A stretch of DNA of 32,955 bases, from contig CAZCRK010000014.1 of the NCBI GenBank assembly GCA_964501035.1, positions 1-32,955 on the forward strand. Direction: 5' to 3'. Below the pieces are notes generated by a model. That model was not told the DNA's origin and did no database searches. It saw only the letters and a list, made by a program, of their open reading frames with translations. A program made the position numbers and the translations under genes. Below, piece by piece: positions 27,447 through 32,955 of the stretch. Each line of letters opens with the position of its first letter. Positions within the stretch are counted from its first letter, which is position 1.

Positions 27447-30362
27447 TTATGAAATTATATAATTAACTATTGAAACAATATCAAGCACATTTGTTACACC
27501 ATCAGCATTCACATCAGCAGCACAGGATTCTTCTGGCGTCGGATTATGATTGTCTAGGATGATATTTACAAGTAGTACGACATCTAACACATTTATCACG
27601 CTATCGCTATTGACATCCATTGCAGTACATGCATCACCTAGAGTAACTGATTGGATATAAATATTTTTCAAATCTTCTTTACCAGAACTTCTCATATCAT
27701 CCCAATAAATCATATACGAGTTATCCGTTTCAGAATAAAGGTCAATCTTTGGATTAAACTGGTTGAAATCTGCATCACACACAACTATCCCACCATTTTC
27801 AAACTCAAAACTATTATCATAAATTTCTTGGTAGAATATATCAAATGCAATCCCTAAACGAGAATCTTCCCATGCTATCATATATGTTCCGTCTTCACTT
27901 GTAAATGCATTTGGTGTCTTTTGATTACCTACATCATTTGAAATGATGATATCTTCACTCACTACCAAAGTTTCAATATTGACAGTTTTACAATACACAT
28001 CATAATCAGCACCAGACCTGAAATCTTCCCAACATACCAACACTTCACCCTCTACTTCATTATATGTAATCGTTGCAGATGTTTGATCATTTACATCAAC
28101 TGCGATTGGAATTCCATCTGGGTCGCCAACTAGATCACCTGAAAAATTAACAAACTGTCCATAAATATCTGCCCAACCTGATCGTTGGTCTTTCCATATT
28201 ACAAAAACACCTTCGTCAGTTTTGACGGATCCTTCTATAAATTGGTCACTATCTACATCCGTCAAATTCACTCCACTACCCCATGATTCAATTACATTTC
28301 CATCAGAATCCATTGCAATTGCCATAACAGAGCTTTCGCCACCACTTTCCGTGTTAAATGAAATAAAGCAACCACCACTTGGTAGTGCTTCTACTGTTTT
28401 AACATTGTCATCAATAAAAAAGTTACTTGCTACCAATACCGGTTCATCCCACTGGGGTAATCCATCCGAATCAAATTTTTGAACAAAAATATCATAATCA
28501 ATGTAATTTCGTTGGTCAGAAAAAATATAATATACAAATCCATCATTGCCATGAACTAATTCAAATGAGCTTTGATTTGTCCAAGATTCAAATACAGGGG
28601 TCCCTTCGCTATTACCAAGCATAAACAAATTTTCATCCAAAATTTGATAATATTGAACAATATCACCAAATGAATAGCCAAACCCAAGCAGAATATTTTC
28701 ATCTAACACCTCTGCTTTTGGATCAGATTGGTACGGATTGTCACTTAACTTTATTCCATTGTCTTCCGTAATTTGATTATAACTTGAATGTACTTTTTGG
28801 CCATAAGAAAGAATCTTTTGGTCTAACCCTATTCCGTCTGGGTCTTCATCCCATAATCGATTATCTTCCCAGTAAATTAAATTATTGTCATTTCCTAAGT
28901 ATAGTGATTTTGGTGAAATTGCATGACCATCTATTCCAAAATATAACTCAACTCCATTTTCAACCAAAGAAATGCCAGATTGTGGATGTAAATGTTGTGC
29001 AAACATTCCAATACTTCCAGTTCGCATATCGCCCCAAATTGCAATAGCACCACCATTACCGTCATTACGCACTAATGGATTAAATTGTTTATGATCTGCT
29101 ACACAAATTGCTTGACCGTCTGATTCAAAAGATGGGTTTCCATCAGCATCAATATGTTGCATGAAAATTTCAGTATTGGGATATGGTGCAAATCGTTCAT
29201 CCATCCACACATAATACACTCCACCTTGACCATCTGTAGTTAAACGAGGTTGATCTTGAGTGCTTGTAGCAACAGAAATTGGTTTTCCATTTTCTTCCCA
29301 AACTACTCCAGATGATATTAATTTTTGCGAGTATATATCACTATTACCATTTCTGGCATCTTCCCAAACAATATACGCTCCAGATGCATCGGCTTTAACA
29401 CGAGGTTTTAATTGAGGTGCTTCGTGTGTGCAAATTTCTAAACCATTATCTTGAAACTGGAAATTACCATCAATATCCAAAAATTGTGCATAAATATCAC
29501 CAGCTTCCTCGTTGCTTCTTTTATCTTCCCACGTAACTACTGTCGTATTATCAGAGACATACGTTACTTTTGCATATTCTTGGTTATTCATAGCATCACA
29601 AATTATTATACCACCTTCCTCTGGAGTACTCCAAAGTGTGTTTAAATCTGAGTCTATGCGTTGGCCATAAATGTTTAAATCATCAATGGTTCTATCGTCT
29701 GTCCATACCATTACAGCATGTCCAGAACCAGCAACTTCAATACTGACTCCTGTATGGTCAGAATCATTTGAAAGAAGCGGTACACCCACACCTGCTTCAA
29801 CAATATCATTTACATCTGCAGTTAAATGAGTACCGTAGATATGACCCACAGTTGAAACAGTTTTGTCCTTCCAAATTACAAACGCACCACCTTGTCCATC
29901 TGAACACATATTAGGTGAAACTTGTTTTCCTTCAACATTTGTCAAAACTACACCTTCAATTCCCCACGCTACACTACCATCAGATAGCACATGTTGACCA
30001 TAAATATCACCATGTTCAGGTTCATCACGATAGTCTACCCAGATAACAAATGCACCACCTTGTCCATCTGAAACTAAAATTGGGTCTTCTTGTCTTCCCG
30101 GTGCTAAAACTACGGCAGTTCCTTCAGAACCCCAAAGGTTGTTGCCATCTACATCTACTTTTTGAATATAGATATCTCTTCCACCAAAACGAGTATCTGA
30201 CCATGCAAAAATCATTTCGCCATTATCACCAACATCACCCGTTCGTTGCCATTCAATATGAATTCCTTGTCGAACTGGTATTCCATTATCTTGCCAATCA
30301 AATTGTGCAAATAATGAACTTGCTATAACTAATGTAGTTAAAAATTTTAATCCTAGTTTCAC
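27447..30362 (-). CDS. Secreted repeat protein (about 60-aa repeats, probably beta-propeller) with C-terminal dockerin-like domain
   Basis: Signal peptide ending LFA-Q; repeated Q..P...DGxGGA.V.W.D.R...DIY.Q motif; C-terminal DVNSDSVINVLDV...DVNADGVTNVLDI. Confidence 0.8.
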   Translation of the reverse strand: MKLGLKFLTTLVIASSLFAQFDWQDNGIPVRQGIHIEWQRTGDVGDNGEMIFAWSDTRFGGRDIYIQKVDVDGNNLWGSEGTAVVLAPGRQEDPILVSDGQGGAFVIWVDYRDEPEHGDIYGQHVLSDGSVAWGIEGVVLTNVEGKQVSPNMCSDGQGGAFVIWKDKTVSTVGHIYGTHLTADVNDIVEAGVGVPLLSNDSDHTGVSIEVAGSGHAVMVWTDDRTIDDLNIYGQRIDSDLNTLWSTPEEGGIIICDAMNNQEYAKVTYVSDNTTVVTWEDKRSNEEAGDIYAQFLDIDGNFQFQDNGLEICTHEAPQLKPRVKADASGAYIVWEDARNGNSDIYSQKLISSGVVWEENGKPISVATSTQDQPRLTTDGQGGVYYVWMDERFAPYPNTEIFMQHIDADGNPSFESDGQAICVADHKQFNPLVRNDGNGGAIAIWGDMRTGSIGMFAQHLHPQSGISLVENGVELYFGIDGHAISPKSLYLGNDNNLIYWEDNRLWDEDPDGIGLDQKILSYGQKVHSSYNQITEDNGIKLSDNPYQSDPKAEVLDENILLGFGYSFGDIVQYYQILDENLFMLGNSEGTPVFESWTNQSSFELVHGNDGFVYYIFSDQRNYIDYDIFVQKFDSDGLPQWDEPVLVASNFFIDDNVKTVEALPSGGCFISFNTESGGESSVMAIAMDSDGNVIESWGSGVNLTDVDSDQFIEGSVKTDEGVFVIWKDQRSGWADIYGQFVNFSGDLVGDPDGIPIAVDVNDQTSATITYNEVEGEVLVCWEDFRSGADYDVYCKTVNIETLVVSEDIIISNDVGNQKTPNAFTSEDGTYMIAWEDSRLGIAFDIFYQEIYDNSFEFENGGIVVCDADFNQFNPKIDLYSETDNSYMIYWDDMRSSGKEDLKNIYIQSVTLGDACTAMDVNSDSVINVLDVVLLVNIILDNHNPTPEESCAADVNADGVTNVLDIVSIVNYIIS

Positions 30363-30369
30363 TTACTTG

Positions 30370-32715
30370 TTACCTTTCTATTTGAAAAATATCTATTCCA
30401 TCTTCAGTTGCAACAAAAATGGAATTTCCTTGTACTTTTACTTCGTTTGCATAACTTGTTTCAAGTATGCCCAATTCTGTTAGTCCAGTATTACCATCCC
30501 AATCATAAAGAAGTACCCCATAATGACCTGCTGCCAACGCGATCAATCCAGTATCTTGGTGAATACCGTTAATTGTATAACCTTGTCCAAAGGGTAATGT
30601 AGATAGAATATTACCACCTGAATCAAGTAACACCATGTAACAACCATTGCTTGTTGAAAGCCCAGCAAAAATTGTATTCCCCGTAGAGTAAACAGTGTTC
30701 ACCTCCCCAGGTGTATCAAACTGAGCAAAAATGTTTGGTTCTAACCCCCCAGCTGGTTCGAAAGTGCCATCAAATCCACCCATCCAAACTGGATTTTCAC
30801 AATTTGATTTATCTTCATCATAACTTTCAGTTGATTCAAATTCTGAAATAATTTGATTTTCATCATCAAAACATATTGATGAACTTGTCTGTTTGTAGAT
30901 TTTCACACCTAATTCTCCTTCACCAGTAATTAACAACTCATCAGAAAATGACACGTTATCAACAAAATAACCTAAATTATTTGAATATTCACAACTTGTT
31001 TCAATTAAATCAAATTCAGGGTTTGGATTAAATTCAATATATGTTAATGAAGTTGAATATTCATCATATTCTGATGGATCATCTTCACCGATTCCCTCTT
31101 CAGCTCCAAAATGTTTAACTAACGGGTAAAGTCGTATAAAATCTAGTTGAGAATCATCAATTGCTAAATCTAACCACTTATTTCCAAAACAATTTTCTGT
31201 AATATTATTTGATTCATTTTCTATGTTAAAACTTGTTTCTGGAGAGTAAAGGTTAATAACCCAAATTTTATCTAGTTTATCTAAAATAAAAGCAACTCCA
31301 TGATTTTTTGAAATGATTACTTTTTCAGCTCTATCATCACCAGTAGATGAAAACATATCCGCTTTGTGAAACAATTCATTCAATTCAATAATTGTTGAAT
31401 CTGAATCATCAATAATTGTTGAATCTGAATCAAATACTATTTTATGAACATAATAACCATTGTAATTATTAGCTGAAACAATATAATTATTGGAAATATC
31501 AATATCATTAGTTTCTCCTATTGAATGGAAAAATAGATGATTTATTACATTAAGTGGACCTTGAATAAATTCTCCATCATAACTCAGAACACCATTAAAT
31601 TCATCCGAAAAACTTTCATAATTTATGGTTTGAACAATATTATTCCCATTAATTGAAAAATTAAGGTTGATAGTATCGCTGATAGTAGAGTCCATGATAG
31701 TATAGTCCATTTGAAAACATTCATTACTTTCGTACATTCTTGATTCAATCCACTTCCAATTCCCATCCAAGGATAAACTGTCAGGTGCTTCTCCTACCCT
31801 GGTAAAATAGTGATTAGGACATCTGAAATCAATCCAAGACATACAAGCATCTCTGCATTCCCATTTTGTAGTGTATAATGAATCTCTCTCCATAGTATTT
31901 GGATTGACACATAATGATTCTTCATTAAATCCAAAATAAAGTGTATCATTAGATTCAACTATTTCGTATTCAATACATTCATCTGAATCATTAGTAATAA
32001 TTGGTAAATCCGAATTGTTAAAGTAAAATTCATCATATCTTGCACCAAAATCGATGATAACACAATCTAAGTCCTCAAGTTCATACTCAATTATATCACA
32101 ATTTTCTGCCTCAGAATAGAAAAGTTCACCATGAAAATACTCTGTAATATTTTCATAATCTATTGATTGTAAAATGGTTGAATCTTCTACAGTTAAAACA
32201 AAATCAATATCTTCATTTGACTCGATTGTAGCATCTAGGTCAAGATCCCCTTCATAATATCTGCCTTCAATATAAAACTTTGATTCAATCCACTTCCAAT
32301 TCCCATCCAAGGATAAACTATCAGATGCTTCTCCTACCCTAGTAAAATAGTGATTAGGACGCCTATAGTCAATCCAATACAAATAAGCTTCTCGACATTC
32401 TGACTTTGAATTAAATGAAGGTACTCTTTCTAAGGTATTCGGATTAACACATAATGATTCTTCAAAAAAACCTAGATGAAGCGTATCATTAGATTCTACT
32501 ATTTCGTATTCTATGCAATCATCTGAATCATTTGTGAAAAGTGGAAGTGAATTATTATTCCAAAAATAAAATTCATCATATTCTTCACCAAAGTCTGCAC
32601 GAATACAATCTAAATCAATTAATTTGTATTCATTTATAATTGGCTCAGATGGTAATCTGCAACTTAAAGTAAATAGTGGAATTAGTATCCCAATAAACAT
32701 ATATTGTACTTTCAT
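30370..32715 (-). CDS. Lipoprotein with duplicated ~180-aa N-terminal domain and LVIVD-like beta-strand-rich C-terminal region
   Basis: Lipobox FTLSC; AGGAG RBS; internal duplication; C-terminal FDTPGEVNTV, LAAGHYGVLLYD and IFVATEDGIDIF repeats. Confidence 0.7.
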   Translation of the reverse strand: MKVQYMFIGILIPLFTLSCRLPSEPIINEYKLIDLDCIRADFGEEYDEFYFWNNNSLPLFTNDSDDCIEYEIVESNDTLHLGFFEESLCVNPNTLERVPSFNSKSECREAYLYWIDYRRPNHYFTRVGEASDSLSLDGNWKWIESKFYIEGRYYEGDLDLDATIESNEDIDFVLTVEDSTILQSIDYENITEYFHGELFYSEAENCDIIEYELEDLDCVIIDFGARYDEFYFNNSDLPIITNDSDECIEYEIVESNDTLYFGFNEESLCVNPNTMERDSLYTTKWECRDACMSWIDFRCPNHYFTRVGEAPDSLSLDGNWKWIESRMYESNECFQMDYTIMDSTISDTINLNFSINGNNIVQTINYESFSDEFNGVLSYDGEFIQGPLNVINHLFFHSIGETNDIDISNNYIVSANNYNGYYVHKIVFDSDSTIIDDSDSTIIELNELFHKADMFSSTGDDRAEKVIISKNHGVAFILDKLDKIWVINLYSPETSFNIENESNNITENCFGNKWLDLAIDDSQLDFIRLYPLVKHFGAEEGIGEDDPSEYDEYSTSLTYIEFNPNPEFDLIETSCEYSNNLGYFVDNVSFSDELLITGEGELGVKIYKQTSSSICFDDENQIISEFESTESYDEDKSNCENPVWMGGFDGTFEPAGGLEPNIFAQFDTPGEVNTVYSTGNTIFAGLSTSNGCYMVLLDSGGNILSTLPFGQGYTINGIHQDTGLIALAAGHYGVLLYDWDGNTGLTELGILETSYANEVKVQGNSIFVATEDGIDIFQIER
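31385..31432. repeat. Perfect 24-bp tandem duplication (DSDSTIID/E twice)
   Basis: TCAATAATTGTTGAATCTGAATCA at 31385-31408 and 31409-31432. Confidence 0.95.
31580..32632 (-). repeat. Intragenic duplication of about 540 bp
   Basis: 31741-31820 and 32281-32360 differ at only 3 of 80 nt; both copies encode CIEYEIVESNDTL...EESLCVNPNT.ER...PNHYFTRVGEA.DSLSLDGNWKWIES. Confidence 0.92.
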
Positions 32716-32724
32716 TTTGTTCTC

Positions 32725-32955
32725 CTAATAACCATAAAATAAAGCTATATTAAATGTGAATTTTAACCATAATTCGTGTTTTTTATATTCTTTTTCCATC
32801 CAATCAAAATCACTCCAGTTAATCTCATCCGAGTAACGTTCAGTAAATTTGTACTCAAACGTTATATCCATATTATCGGCAATATTATGTTTAATCCAAA
32901 ATTGAAATTGAGTTTCATTGAAATATTTTAAAAATAAACTGTTAAAGCTATCCGA
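32725..32955 (-). CDS. Partial CDS (C-terminal 76 aa), possibly an outer-membrane beta-barrel protein
   Basis: Open frame from the window end: SDSFNSLF...MDITFEYKFTERYS...HELWLKFTFNIALFYGY-stop; alternating hydrophobic strands and a terminal aromatic residue; the stop overlaps the RBS of the next gene. Confidence 0.6.
   Translation of the reverse strand, partial: SDSFNSLFLKYFNETQFQFWIKHNIADNMDITFEYKFTERYSDEINWSDFDWMEKEYKKHELWLKFTFNIALFYGY

Noticed and set aside
300..30328. Short opposite-strand or nested ORFs in the track (e.g. 300-611, 850-1200, 5690-6073, 6982-7341, 17666-17983, 21500-21805, 25542-25904, 30050-30328)
   Set aside because: They are shadows of well-supported genes and have no recognisable motifs.
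31741..32400. Near-identical repeat pair as a diversity-generating retroelement TR/VR
   Set aside because: Beyond the first three A/G differences, mismatches involve all bases; both copies are in-frame coding domains, and no reverse transcriptase is in the window.
1..32955. CRISPR arrays, tRNA/rRNA genes, transposases, prophage or defence genes
   Set aside because: No repeat-spacer pattern, structured RNA gene or corresponding protein motif was seen; intergenic regions are short.

Overview
AT-rich, gene-dense bacterial window. Gene content (dockerin-tagged secreted proteins, a T9SS/FlgD-type C-terminal domain, Cys-rich DxCGxCGGD motif) suggests an FCB-group organism, plausibly Marinimicrobia; this is an inference. 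From left to right: a 3'-truncated gpmI at the window edge; a secreted multidomain protein (cohesin-like, Cys-rich, two tandem ~130-aa domains, lamin-tail domain, T9SS-like CTD); a DUF523-SLC13-lipoprotein operon; arsC-phoB-phoR-Na/Pi symporter-phoU with a candidate Pho box; lrp plus a type II glutamine synthetase; DUF3047 and an S8 protease; an ArsC/Spx-family gene with in-frame UGA at the catalytic Cys and a SECIS-like hairpin; a frameshifted GNAT; a 2-oxoacid:ferredoxin oxidoreductase/ferritin-like/buk/ptb/unknown Rossmann-protein operon; and a tight operon of secreted proteins (OM protein, lipoprotein, repeat protein, M14 carboxypeptidase, C25 gingipain-like). The most striking signal is that four secreted proteins, three of them peptidase-family, end in dockerin-like modules while another gene carries a cohesin-like domain plus a surface-sorting CTD. 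This suggests a cellulosome-like protein-degrading complex encoded next to an amino-acid fermentation operon. All family calls come from motif recognition by eye; no database searches were run.
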